Source of the DNA: an uncultured Chloroflexia bacterium
GTDB taxonomy: Bacteria > Chloroflexota > Dehalococcoidia > Dehalococcoidales > UBA2162
DNA: 64,000 nt
Assembly (NCBI GenBank): GCA_963739865.1
Contig: CAVUCA010000001.1
Span: 16,748-80,747 of the forward strand
Direction of reading: 5' to 3'
Below are positions 28,001-36,994 of the stretch, piece after piece (position 1 is the stretch's first letter; every line of letters starts with the position of its first letter). The notes beneath the pieces are model-generated. The model was not told the origin of the DNA, did not search any database, and was given only the letters and a program-made list of their open reading frames with translations. The translations under genes were made by a program, and so were the position numbers.

Positions 28001-30333
28001 CACGGGTCATTAACTATATCGCCGCGGCACTGCCCGGCTATTTCAGCTTGATTTACCGTGCCCCACCAGTTGCCGGTAGCATCTACCGTGATACCATCCA
28101 GATTGTTCTCCATGCCCCCCGCAAGGTTGCCGCTGACAGCGGCGTAGTGGACGCTGATCCCGGATGGCACGGTGTTTTGCTTGTCGAGTTGGCCGAAACG
28201 GATACCCACCCGGTTCCCGGTAAAAGTCCCGCCCTTGATGGTTACCCCGGCCAGCGTTGCCGGCCGGCTGCTATAGCTGGCGACGTCCATTCCGGTCCCC
28301 CGTGCTTTCACCGCCAGTCCGGTGCCGTTGTCCGAGCCCACCCCGTTGCCGGTGACAGTCAGGTCATTGAAAGTAAGGTTGGCGTAATCGCCGTACTTCA
28401 GGTTGATATCGATGCCGGCGTTAACGGGATCGGCCCAATCAGGCGACAGGGAGGTATCACCGTTGTCGGTGACGGTAACCTCGTTAAATACGGCGTCGGA
28501 TAATTTTTCAGCATAAAAACCCTTGATGGAGTTGCGGTTGAAAGTGGAACGGTTGATTTCGATATCACGGGCGTTGGTCCCGGTATTGCTGTTATTGAAG
28601 AAGATGATGCCGTAAGCCATGTTTTCGAAGACGGAATCGTTGATGATTACATGTTCGAGGCTGGAAAAATCGTCCAGGAGGACGCCCGACTCGGTGGTAC
28701 CGGAGGAGCGGGTGCCGCAAATGCGGACGTTATCCAGTTCCAGCCAGGAAATCTGTATCCCGGGGCGGGGCAGGATGCCGGGTAATTGTGCCCCGGTAAC
28801 ATTGTCCTGGTGCGTTCGTATCAGCAGTCCTTTCAGCACGATAGGGGAGTCTTCGACGCCCGAAGTGCTGATGACGACAACCGGTTTATAACTGTAAGGC
28901 GAGCCTTTTATCAAGGCTGGCGCAGCCGTGTTCTGCAGGATAGTGCCGGTGATATCATCATGCCCGGCCCCCTGGAGAGTAAGGCGGCGGTTGATATCGA
29001 TATTCTCGTCATAAATGCCAGCCGCGATGGTGATCGTATCGCCGTCGGCAGCGGTCTCAATCGCTTCCTGGATGGAATCGTTAGTATACCAGTCCCAGGC
29101 TCCCGTATGAGCATCGGCAACATAATCGGCCCCCCACCACGGGGAATGGTCTACCCCGGCACTGACGGTAGCGGCAATCTCAGAGCTAATGTTGGTGCCG
29201 AACCAGTTGCCGGTACAATCGAGGACTCCCGTGGCGCCAGCCGGCAGGTAGACATTCAGGTTGGAATTCAGGCTGAAATGATTTCTATTAACGTGTATGA
29301 AATCATGGGTGAAATTGCCCCTGTCATCAGCCACGGCAAGGGCGTTCCAGCAAGAAGTAATGGTATTCCCGGTGACATTCACCGGCCCGGTAAAATCACT
29401 GGCCCACAAAGCAATGCCGCCCTCACCGGAATTATGAGCGGTATTGGCATTGGTGATGCGGTTTTGTGAGATTATGACATCACTGGACGGACTGGCCAGG
29501 TTGATGCCTTTCTTCACGATATTGGTCAGCGTGTTGCCCGAACAAAGAAAATTATCAACGCGGTCCAGATCGATCCCGCCGCAGGTATTCAGCAAGACGT
29601 TCCCGGAAACGGCGCTGTTGGTTATGGAACCAACCTGCATGGCGGCCGCGTCACTGAAATTTTCGAAGCGGTTGTTCCTGATCTGCCAGCCGGAACTACG
29701 CAGGAAGGCATTGCCGCTGGTCTTATAGATGCCCATGGACTTCACACCGTTAGCAAAACCGGTGAAGATATTGTTCTCGATGACCACATTGTTGGTGGTA
29801 ACCGGTGTTCCCTTGGATTTTTCCTGAGCTTGAACGATACCAGCCGTGTTTGTGACATCAGGACGGCCGGTAAAACTAAACCCCTTAATCGTAATATCGT
29901 AGATAACCGGCCCGCCGTCAAAACTCAGGGATATGGTCCGCAGCGGCCAGGAACCGGAATTGTCCGACTGCCAGACAGCCTCGGGATAGCGCAGGCTGGT
30001 GTTGGGGTCAATGTCAACGTTCGGCCCCAGCAGCGTAACCGGTTTGGTGAGGATGATATTTTCGTGATATGTCCCGGCGGCCACGTTGATGGTGGCGCCG
30101 GCCGCCGCCAAATCAGCGGCATGTTTGATGGTAAGCCAGGGGCCGGTGTCTCCGAGGCTCCAATCTGTACTGTTATCAGAATCGGCCCATATCTGAGAAC
30201 CATTGCCGAATTCATTGCTGCCGGCGGGAGAAACGTAACATACATCAGGTACCCAGGCTGAGGCCGGCAGCGGGTTGAGCCAGCCGGTGCATATAATCAG
30301 GGCAAACAAGATTATCAGAAATTTCTGTTTCAT
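25087..30333 (-). CDS. giant secreted cell-surface protein (~1748 aa): signal peptide, right-handed parallel beta-helix repeats, 2x Fn3-like, 2x IPT/TIG, 2x CARDB, C-terminal TM anchor + KRRQ
   Basis: ATG 30333 (MKQKFLIILFALIICTGWLNPLPASA) with SD GGAGGA 7 nt upstream (ORF-track GTG 30348); NNVVIENNIFTGF…QIRNNRFENF beta-helix repeats; CARDB modules (…VTITAAVVNNGSSAGRHTSILVINGVKTTEIPLDLAAGERRTVVFTV…; …VSVTLANTGGTPGSYILALRINGVPVEEKAVDLAAGENRTVVFTV…); C-term WLLTAAIGIVLVVIILIILLLRKRRQASKA. Confidence 0.85.
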   Translation of the reverse strand: MKQKFLIILFALIICTGWLNPLPASAWVPDVCYVSPAGSNEFGNGSQIWADSDNSTDWSLGDTGPWLTIKHAADLAAAGATINVAAGTYHENIILTKPVTLLGPNVDIDPNTSLRYPEAVWQSDNSGSWPLRTISLSFDGGPVIYDITIKGFSFTGRPDVTNTAGIVQAQEKSKGTPVTTNNVVIENNIFTGFANGVKSMGIYKTSGNAFLRSSGWQIRNNRFENFSDAAAMQVGSITNSAVSGNVLLNTCGGIDLDRVDNFLCSGNTLTNIVKKGINLASPSSDVIISQNRITNANTAHNSGEGGIALWASDFTGPVNVTGNTITSCWNALAVADDRGNFTHDFIHVNRNHFSLNSNLNVYLPAGATGVLDCTGNWFGTNISSEIAATVSAGVDHSPWWGADYVADAHTGAWDWYTNDSIQEAIETAADGDTITIAAGIYDENIDINRRLTLQGAGHDDITGTILQNTAAPALIKGSPYSYKPVVVISTSGVEDSPIVLKGLLIRTHQDNVTGAQLPGILPRPGIQISWLELDNVRICGTRSSGTTESGVLLDDFSSLEHVIINDSVFENMAYGIIFFNNSNTGTNARDIEINRSTFNRNSIKGFYAEKLSDAVFNEVTVTDNGDTSLSPDWADPVNAGIDINLKYGDYANLTFNDLTVTGNGVGSDNGTGLAVKARGTGMDVASYSSRPATLAGVTIKGGTFTGNRVGIRFGQLDKQNTVPSGISVHYAAVSGNLAGGMENNLDGITVDATGNWWGTVNQAEIAGQCRGDIVNDPWHLKAPTAPSAGQAACDAVVLAWTGGGIWKGDRYDFRYDTSPLDTPATWTKAKCMSGEPVPENTAQQMLVKGLQPGTKYYFGLSVVDGELRSGISYLEASTLSTNAPDHTAPAAVTSLAVSAGDPASSSVLLTWTATGDDGDTGFARKYIIKQSTSPIDDGNFAAADTVHNKLSPAAGGETESFTVGRLKPGTLYYFAIKVQDEIPNTSPVSNVVSLATTARVPLVTGLNPPDGDNGRDRTLISTGCNFAAGGAAVVCLVGRENVLSLADVNVISDSEITATVATGTPPGSYYVRISNAYGTSLLSTAAYTVHALPEPLPVVTNLIPGIAVSGHPQAGVRLYGANFAGAAAVALSGHTAAGFTVNSSTFITADFPALTEGTYDVQVTTAAGTNTVSTVKYTVMAPEPAGLEGGQEISTAGIIEPGAGGTIPVQVTLTTAAGAVPDSGMEAAVEVVIPPGTALTDAAGQIYGGVIYPPRIVKPDTEMQSTLPPTAVVIEMGNPEQQVSFSQDFTAVVTVAAGSRPYIYYRNKLTGHYELAGKSGTVDGTAYEPGGTVLGLAGEMYTIGLLLDHMSVYVASTTSLLPAPLPAVPVVNYLQADFCGTRTFYSLDLNGKAVSDIKLVSADGRLSLSIPAGAQARDHKGLPLASLTGTVNDSPPATPTGASIIGTAYNFGPTGAVFSPYAVLEYDYTNDTLPAVISDEALVWAYYDEATGVWMYLDCTLDTTRHTITAEIAHFTTFAVLSIPPAVFTSSSLSVSPAAVAPGQAVTITAAVVNNGSSAGRHTSILVINGVKTTEIPLDLAAGERRTVVFTVTREIPGEYHVDIDGLAGIFTVTAPQAPAPAAFSVTNLTIDVPESHPGSTIKVSVTLANTGGTPGSYILALRINGVPVEEKAVDLAAGENRTVVFTVVRDEPGIYQVAAGSLAGSFTISGNTSGRINWLLTAAIGIVLVVIILIILLLRKRRQASKA

Positions 30334-30661
30334 AGATTTATCCTCCACAGACCAGCCTACGGAACGTAAGTCAAACCTGGCTGGGAGGATTCTACAACTG
30401 TAATGATGAACAATCTCTTAACTTCGTACCGGAAAATCTGAACATTGTCTGAATATTTTTAATCACCCTCTCCAGTAATCTGGAGAAGGAACTCTATCCT
30501 CGATGTAGACTGGAAAATTCATGGTAAGGCAGGTGTCCCGTCGGACGAAATCCAGCTATATCTACCCCCGGATCAAGTCCGGGGCAAACTTTTGGAAAAA
30601 GAAGAGGAACCCACGAAACAACCTGAAGCTAGTTTACAAGGTTTGTTGAAACAACCTCAGA

Positions 30662-30733
30662 CACGATTTGAGGCTAAATTCTATTTCCCCCTCACTTGCG
30701 TCTCTTGCCGCGAGGGGCGAGAGCAGAACGAGG
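30662..30733. repeat. conserved leader element (copy A) CACGATTTGA…CTCT..CC-loop-GAGGGGCGAGAG…; homologous to 62184-62246 and 56781-56820
   Basis: Direct alignment of 30662-30733 with 62184-62246 (~75% identity over ~70 nt) incl. imperfect inverted repeat CTCTTGCC/GGGGCGAGAG with compensatory differences relative to TCTCTCCC/GGGGCGAGAGA. Confidence 0.6.
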
Positions 30734-30835
30734 TATTTTTCCTTTTCTAAGGGTAGGCGCGGGGATCTGTCCCTACAAACTAAAAACTGAAATATCAATA
30801 ACAAATCAGTAATAGAAGAAATGTTCGAATAATTA

Positions 30836-30871
30836 TCATGTATAGTACCAGTGTTCTAAGGGTTTGTCAAT
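30836..30871 (-). promoter_or_regulatory. putative sigma-70 promoter + conserved operator-like motif for giant surface-protein gene (minus strand: TTGACA-AACCCTTAGAACACTGG-TACTAT)
   Basis: -35 TTGACA (30870-30865), 17-nt spacer, -10 TACTAT; 26-nt block TTGACAAAYCCTTAGAACACYGG is repeated at 62486-62461 upstream of MATE gene; implies ~500-nt 5' leader. Confidence 0.4.
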
Positions 30872-31064
30872 ACCCCTTTTTAAAAAATACTTAAAAACGG
30901 AGAGGGAACACGGACAATCCCCTGTTGTCCATGAATCACCGCTACCGGTGAGGCGATGCCATTAGCTTATCCGACGCCGCGCTAACAGGGGTGGCAGGTT
31001 TCTTTCCGGAGGGGTGGTACAGTTTAATCCGGAAAACGCACACGGCCGCACCAGTCATACTAAG

Positions 31065-32936
31065 CTACTTCTTCTCCTCGGTTTTAGGGGCGTTTTGCGA
31101 TATCATTTGAGACATCCAGGCGTTGAATAAGTTGCCGCTCATGCTCCCTTCCCCACCGCTAACCAGCGTTTGTGGGACAATCTGAATCTTACCGGCGGCT
31201 ATTTCCTGGATTAGTTTGATTATCGCCACGTTCTGCTGACCAATTGCGTCCTTCTGAGAATTGTAGGCTGCAGCGATGCCTTCACCTTCAATCCTACTCC
31301 GGTAGGAATTACCGTCAGCCACCAGTATAGTGGATTCTTTCGTACCCTGAGCTCTGAGAATCACAGAACGTCTTTCCCCGTCCGCTTCCCTGACTTTGGC
31401 TTCAGCTCTATCATTATTGATATCAATCGAAAGCTTGGCGTCAATAACATCCTTCTGTTTATCACCCCTCGAAGCCTTCTCCATGACCGCAATCCGCTTT
31501 TCCTGCGCAAGAGCCTCCTGGTCATATTGAGCCTGTTGCTGATTGGCGATCTCTTTCTTGGTTTGGGTGTCGAGCAACTCTTTGGGGATATCAATATAGG
31601 CAATTAGTAGATTCTGCGCTTCGACGTTGTATTCGGAGAACTTCTCCTTTGCATGCGCGAGTGCTTCCGTCTGTAAGTCCGTTCTACTCTGGAAGAAGTC
31701 AATCGCTTTCTTTTCACCAGCTTTGTTCCTGAATGAGGAGTCAATTAGCGGATGTACGATTTGGTCGATGAGATTCACGACCGACCCGAATCGTGCGATG
31801 ATGTACGCCGCATTAGCCGGTTGAATTCGAATGACCATTCTTACATTTACTTCCAGTTGAAAGCCATCTTTGGACGTGACCTTCAAGGGGTCGAACTTGT
31901 ATAGAACGCCTTCGTCTGCAAGGCCAGGTTGTCGGGCACCTTTTACTTCGGTCCCGATTCGCCCCTCGGTAGCCCAGTCGATGGTAACAGCCGAGGTAGG
32001 GACAGGGTAAGCAGTGAAAGCGATAGTATTCAGGTTGTATTTACCCGGAGCTATTGGCTCTCTCCATATCCCCCGGGTGAGTTTGTCGGTAGTTAAAATC
32101 TTCTCGACATCCTCGTGAATCGGCCCACCGAACCTTCCCTCCGTAGTAGAAGGCTCCGGCCCTTCGATCGCTCTCTCCAATTCCATCCCCACATTGGACC
32201 TGATTACAGCAACGTATCCAGGTGGTACCTCCGCTACGTTTTCAGCCCGGATACCAAAGAGGAGAGGGTTAATGTAATATTTGCCCGGTTGTAATGTATC
32301 CAATTGCGGACCTCGATATCCATTACCCTCTATGAAAAGTTGCCCATTTTGATAGAATTTATGGTCCACCTCAGTACCGTCGTCATTTCTGGCCTTCGGA
32401 GCGATGATAAATCCCGGCGGTAAGGGAATACCATCGATCGCTACTGCAATACCAACCGTATTCTCGGCTATCGCAACCGCATTAGCTATCGTGACCGAGA
32501 ACAACCTGGTGTTAATCCTGTAAGTTCCCGGGCGCAGAATCCCGACCTGCGGGCCTTTCTTACCATGATTAACGAGAAACATAGTGGCGTCTTGAAACTG
32601 ATTGCACTCAACTTCGTCACCCAGAACTCTGCCTTTAGGTAAGGGTTCTCCATCAATAGCTTCGATCAGTCCGACACTCGCCACATCAATTGCAATGACA
32701 GGGACTTTGGCGATCGACCAGACGATCGGTAATCTCCAGTAGAGGCCGGGCATCAACGTCCTGGCTAGAATTCCTATTTCCCCACGGCGGGCGATAATCT
32801 GTCCTTCAGGCATACTATTACCAAGCATCTTCCTGGTAACAATACCGACTTGATTAGGGCCAATCAAACAAAAACCGGGAAGGACAAAAACCAGGAAAAG
32901 TAAAATGACGATACCTAAGATAACCCATCCCAACAT
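31065..32936 (-). CDS. SPFH/band-7 domain protein, flotillin-like (N-terminal TM, SPFH domain, long C-terminal coiled coil)
   Basis: ATG 32936 (MLGWVILGIVILLFLVFVLPG…) with SD AGGAGGA; ORF-track start 32969; C-terminal QQQAQYDQEALAQEKRIAVMEKA coiled-coil as in YqiK/flotillins; no adjacent NfeD gene. Confidence 0.8.
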   Translation of the reverse strand: MLGWVILGIVILLFLVFVLPGFCLIGPNQVGIVTRKMLGNSMPEGQIIARRGEIGILARTLMPGLYWRLPIVWSIAKVPVIAIDVASVGLIEAIDGEPLPKGRVLGDEVECNQFQDATMFLVNHGKKGPQVGILRPGTYRINTRLFSVTIANAVAIAENTVGIAVAIDGIPLPPGFIIAPKARNDDGTEVDHKFYQNGQLFIEGNGYRGPQLDTLQPGKYYINPLLFGIRAENVAEVPPGYVAVIRSNVGMELERAIEGPEPSTTEGRFGGPIHEDVEKILTTDKLTRGIWREPIAPGKYNLNTIAFTAYPVPTSAVTIDWATEGRIGTEVKGARQPGLADEGVLYKFDPLKVTSKDGFQLEVNVRMVIRIQPANAAYIIARFGSVVNLIDQIVHPLIDSSFRNKAGEKKAIDFFQSRTDLQTEALAHAKEKFSEYNVEAQNLLIAYIDIPKELLDTQTKKEIANQQQAQYDQEALAQEKRIAVMEKASRGDKQKDVIDAKLSIDINNDRAEAKVREADGERRSVILRAQGTKESTILVADGNSYRSRIEGEGIAAAYNSQKDAIGQQNVAIIKLIQEIAAGKIQIVPQTLVSGGEGSMSGNLFNAWMSQMISQNAPKTEEKK

Positions 32937-33537
32937 CTTCTTCTCCTCCTTTAAAGACCGATCGTTCACCCCGAGGATTAAAGACTACAGCGGGGACCTT
33001 TTACCCGGCAGCGATGATACCACAAAGACATTCCATATCACAAGAAATAGGCATCGGAACGTTTAATATCTGAACAAAACATCGTTTTGTGACTTTATAA
33101 TCGATTTCAAACTACACACTACCGTTTCTTAAGTTAATACCCCTCAGAAAAATGGAATACTACGTCTTTAGTGCCGATACCGACTGGATTCTGAAACAAT
33201 TTCAGAATGACATTTGACGGTGTTTGCGGACAACCTCATATGAGACTTCTCATAATGACAGGGGGCAAAGGCGGGAGACTCTGGGCTACAGATACAAAAC
33301 TTTAGTATCTTTTATTTTCATTCTCGCCAGGTAAGCACAACTTCATATCATATCGGATATATTGATACTAAAGACTCACAATGATGGGACTTCCGTCTAC
33401 CAACAATAGGACGTTTTTAGCTTATTTTAGAATCCGGTTCCAAGCCACAATAAAGGTAACCATAACTGACCGGTTTCACCGTTAGTATTTCAAGAAAGGC
33501 ACCGAAGCAGGGTTGCGGATATAGGGGAAAATTCACT

Positions 33538-35640
33538 GTGCCGTTAAGCAAGAAAATCTTAATTATCGTCGTCTCTTTGATCTTTCTATCGTTTCTCTTT
33601 ATTGGTTTGATAACCATCTTTATAATGAACAACAATTACCTTTCCCTGGAAAAACAAAGTGTGGAACGTAATGTCAGCCAGGTGATAAATTCCATCGATA
33701 CCATCAAGAACGACCTGGCGGTTAGTACCCCGGATTGGGCGCATTGGGACGATACCTATGAATTTGCCAGGGGCACCAATCCTACTTATATTGAGCGTAA
33801 TATCACGGAATCAACCTTCGAAAGCAACCAGATCAACCTCATTGTAATCCTTGACCGCGAACAAAATATCCTTTTCGAAAGAGCCTATGACTATCATGAA
33901 GAGACTGACGTAGTTATCTCTCCGGAATTGCAGGCTCTAATAACGGACCCTCTGGTAGCAATTCATAACGATGCGTCGCCAGGTACCACCGGCTTGTTAC
34001 AAACATCAGCAAATTTTCCCCTATTGGTTTCCGCCTATCCTATCCTTGACAGCCTGGGGCAAGGGCCCAACAGCGGCACCTTGATATTCGGCGTATTTCT
34101 GGATACCGCGGCCATCAATGAAATTGCCGACCTGACCATATCGGACGTCTCGCTTTACCTGGTGAATGATCCGGCATCGTCCGAAGAAATTTTGGTCGTC
34201 AAAGATTCGCTTACCACGGAAGAGCTTGTGGTTACCAGGCCCATCGACCGAAATAGTGTGGCCGGATATACGGTGATTAAAGATATTTTTAACCATCCTG
34301 CCATGATTTTAAAGGTAACCAGAAGCCGAGCTATTTACCAACAGGGACAAGCCACTTTCTTAGTATTCGGCTTGACCATGGCTGTTTCCAGTATTATTTT
34401 TGGTGTCCTGGAATTGTATATTTTAAGAAAGACCATTATGTCCCGTTTCAATATGATTTCCAGGGGGGTGAACTTTATCGGAGAGACGGGTGATATCTCG
34501 AAGCGTATCTCCATCGGCGGGACCGATGAACTACGCCACCTGGCAGATAACATCAATCATATGCTGGAAAAGATCACTGAAACGGAAAGTCAGCTCCGTT
34601 TTCAGAAGAAAAGATTCGACCGAATCCTCGAATTCAATCCTGCGGTGATTCTGATATTCGATGCGAATACGGTACTGCTTTCGGTGAACAAGGCATTTTG
34701 CACTCTTTACGATGTGAGGGAACATGATGCCGTGGGGAAAAATATAGCGGACTTTATACCTCAAGAAATAATAACCGGGATATCTCCTCTAGTTACTGAT
34801 GTCGAAGGCTCCGTATTCGACACGGAAATAAAACTACAAACCGGCGGCAAGGAAAGACTATTTAGCGTCACTATTATTACGCTATTTGCCGGGGAATATC
34901 TCCTCCTGGCCTGGGATATCACACAGCAGCGCCAGGACATGGACCGGATGTACCTGACCGACCGCTTAGCGACCATCGGCGAACTGACCTCCGGTATCGC
35001 TCATGAACTGAATAATCCGTTAACCAGCGTGATCGGGCTCTCCGGCTTAATGCTGGAAGCGGAATTACCAGTTGACATAAAAGAGGATTTACAAACAATA
35101 TACCAGGAAGCGAAACGTACTTCAGATATTGTGAAAAACATGCTGGCCTTCGCCCGTAATCACCCGGCGGCCAAGCAATCTATCGATGTGAATACCACAC
35201 TAATCAACACCCTGAATATGCGTACCTACGAACAGAATCTAAACAAGATCCAGGTAGTCAGGCAATTGGCGGAGAACTTACCACAAGTCAAGGCGGATGC
35301 TTTCCAGTTACAGCAAGTATTCCTGAATCTAGTAGTAAACGCAGAGTATTTTATGAGAGAAGCACACGGCGGCGGTTGTTTGATCGTAACAACCGAACAA
35401 GCAGCGAGTAATATCAAAATATCATTCCGTAATGACGGCCCGGAGATACCAGTAGAGATACAAAAGCATATTTTTGACCCCTTCTTTACCACGAAACCGG
35501 TGGGTAAAGGAACAGGTTTAGGATTGAGCATCAGTTACGGCATTATAACCGCACACAACGGCCGGATGTACGTAGAGAATCTACCGGGGAAAGGGGTTGT
35601 CTTTACCATCGAACTGCCAACAAACGGCAAGATGCACTAA
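33538..35640 (+). CDS. sensor histidine kinase (TM – large extracytoplasmic sensor domain – TM – HAMP – PAS – HisKA – HATPase_c)
   Basis: GTG start (weak SD); two TM segments flanking ~230-aa periplasmic region; HAMP (…RISIGGTDELRHLADNINHMLEKI); H-box ELTSGIAHELNNPLTSV; N/G boxes NLVVNAEYFM…DNGPEIP…FDPFFTTKPVGKGTGLGLSISYGII. Confidence 0.8.
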   Translation: MPLSKKILIIVVSLIFLSFLFIGLITIFIMNNNYLSLEKQSVERNVSQVINSIDTIKNDLAVSTPDWAHWDDTYEFARGTNPTYIERNITESTFESNQINLIVILDREQNILFERAYDYHEETDVVISPELQALITDPLVAIHNDASPGTTGLLQTSANFPLLVSAYPILDSLGQGPNSGTLIFGVFLDTAAINEIADLTISDVSLYLVNDPASSEEILVVKDSLTTEELVVTRPIDRNSVAGYTVIKDIFNHPAMILKVTRSRAIYQQGQATFLVFGLTMAVSSIIFGVLELYILRKTIMSRFNMISRGVNFIGETGDISKRISIGGTDELRHLADNINHMLEKITETESQLRFQKKRFDRILEFNPAVILIFDANTVLLSVNKAFCTLYDVREHDAVGKNIADFIPQEIITGISPLVTDVEGSVFDTEIKLQTGGKERLFSVTIITLFAGEYLLLAWDITQQRQDMDRMYLTDRLATIGELTSGIAHELNNPLTSVIGLSGLMLEAELPVDIKEDLQTIYQEAKRTSDIVKNMLAFARNHPAAKQSIDVNTTLINTLNMRTYEQNLNKIQVVRQLAENLPQVKADAFQLQQVFLNLVVNAEYFMREAHGGGCLIVTTEQAASNIKISFRNDGPEIPVEIQKHIFDPFFTTKPVGKGTGLGLSISYGIITAHNGRMYVENLPGKGVVFTIELPTNGKMH

Positions 35641-35646
35641 CCATGT

Positions 35647-36090
35647 TCAAGAAGCTGTCACCAGGCTATTAAGCTTGTGCAGCATATGTTTCAGATGGGT
35701 TTGCGACCGGGGACGGCGTATCAGCCCGGCGATCTGCCCGAGAATCCCGTAAGGCAACTTGATATGCTCCGTAATCGTGACTAAGGTCCCCGCCGGAGTG
35801 GGTTCCAGGGTATACCTTTGCTCATAACCTTGCACAAAATTTCCGGAGGTCATTTTAATGGCAACACTTTCATGCGGCACCCATTCGGTGACCACGAAGT
35901 GTAATTTCAGGAGAATCCCGCCAGCCTTTTCTTCGAAATAGAAAGAAGTCCCTAAACCACTATGCTGCGGGCTGGTATAGCGAAGGTTATTGATAGTAAG
36001 GCACCACTGCTGCATCTGCTCCAGGCTGACCAGGAAAGGCCAGACCTGCTCCGGTGATGCGGCTATTACAGTCGAACGATGGATTTTCAT
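35647..36090 (-). CDS. SRPBCC family protein (polyketide cyclase/Bet v1-like fold)
   Basis: 147 aa; MKIHRSTVIAASPEQVWPFLVSLEQMQQW… typical START/Bet v1 N-terminus. Confidence 0.7.
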   Translation of the reverse strand: MKIHRSTVIAASPEQVWPFLVSLEQMQQWCLTINNLRYTSPQHSGLGTSFYFEEKAGGILLKLHFVVTEWVPHESVAIKMTSGNFVQGYEQRYTLEPTPAGTLVTITEHIKLPYGILGQIAGLIRRPRSQTHLKHMLHKLNSLVTAS

Positions 36091-36295
36091 GATTAGTGTT
36101 ATTCTATCAGTTTCCGGAAGAAATGGAGAAAAATACAGCGTTTCTTTCCGGAAGTGCTACTTTAAACCATCCGGATGACCGCAGAAACGACCCTCTGCTT
36201 CAAGATAACCCTGACGATATCAGTAGTCGGTAATTTGACATTTTTCCGCTGCCGTGCAAAACTCTGGCCAGAATATTTTAGAGGAGTGAACTGCG

Positions 36296-36742
36296 ATCAA
36301 CCGGCAGCAATTCCTGGAATACGCCGACCATTTCAACAACAAACGGTGGGACAAAGTCGTCAGTTACTTCTGTCCGGATGTCACCGTGGAATATCCGGAC
36401 AATTTTCAGGGGGCGCAGATCCCCGGCCTGACCGGCAGAACGCTGCACGGACCGGCGGAGTTCATCGCCAACTACGAAACGATCACCGCTGATGTGCGTG
36501 AGGTGTTGAACGTGGGCGTTTTTCTTTCCCGGGGCCGGCATTTCTGTGTCGAACTGATCACCGAGTTCCACGTATTCCGGGATCCACCGGCAGGTTCGCC
36601 CCGGCAATGGAAGAAGGGTGATATCCTCATCCTGAACCAGAATGTCCTTTACGACCTGGATGAGCAAGGGAAGTTCAAGCGCATCCGCATCTTTCATCAC
36701 CGCCACCTCGACCCGGCGATACTCAAACAAAAAGCAAAATAA
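36296..36742 (+). CDS. SnoaL-like/NTF2-like domain protein (start codon uncertain)
   Basis: In-frame from stop at 36287: (TA)INRQQFLEYADHFNNKRWDKVVSYFCPDVTVEYPDNFQG…; SD GAGGAG at 36281-36286 but no ATG/GTG/TTG within 30 codons (ORF-track GTG 36386 would truncate the conserved N-terminus); possible start-region error; antisense ORF 36278-36748 rejected. Confidence 0.5.
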   Translation: MNRQQFLEYADHFNNKRWDKVVSYFCPDVTVEYPDNFQGAQIPGLTGRTLHGPAEFIANYETITADVREVLNVGVFLSRGRHFCVELITEFHVFRDPPAGSPRQWKKGDILILNQNVLYDLDEQGKFKRIRIFHHRHLDPAILKQKAK

Positions 36743-36994
36743 ACGCAAGTTTTACCGACTACTTTGGTGAGGCGTCGTTATTAGCTTCAACTTTACTAAA
36801 ACTTCTTTAGTATATCCTTCGGGTCAATCTATATCTTCTGCGCCGGTAGTTGTCGTGGGGCAGGAAATAACCGTTATCCCGATACACATGGGTATCCAGC
36901 GTCATCATCCATCCGGATTCAGCCGACAGCGGCCAACCAACACGATATTGGAGATCGTAGCCGGGAGTAGATACTGTGGAAACGGATCCCGCAG

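Noticed and set aside
27676-28503. 275-aa plus-strand ORF
   Set aside because: Lies entirely antisense within the 5.2-kb surface-protein gene; Arg/Gly/Pro-rich low-complexity translation typical of antisense GC-rich coding DNA; no RBS.
36278-36748. 156-aa minus-strand ORF
   Set aside because: Overlaps the SnoaL-like gene on the opposite strand; the plus-strand frame carries the conserved domain.
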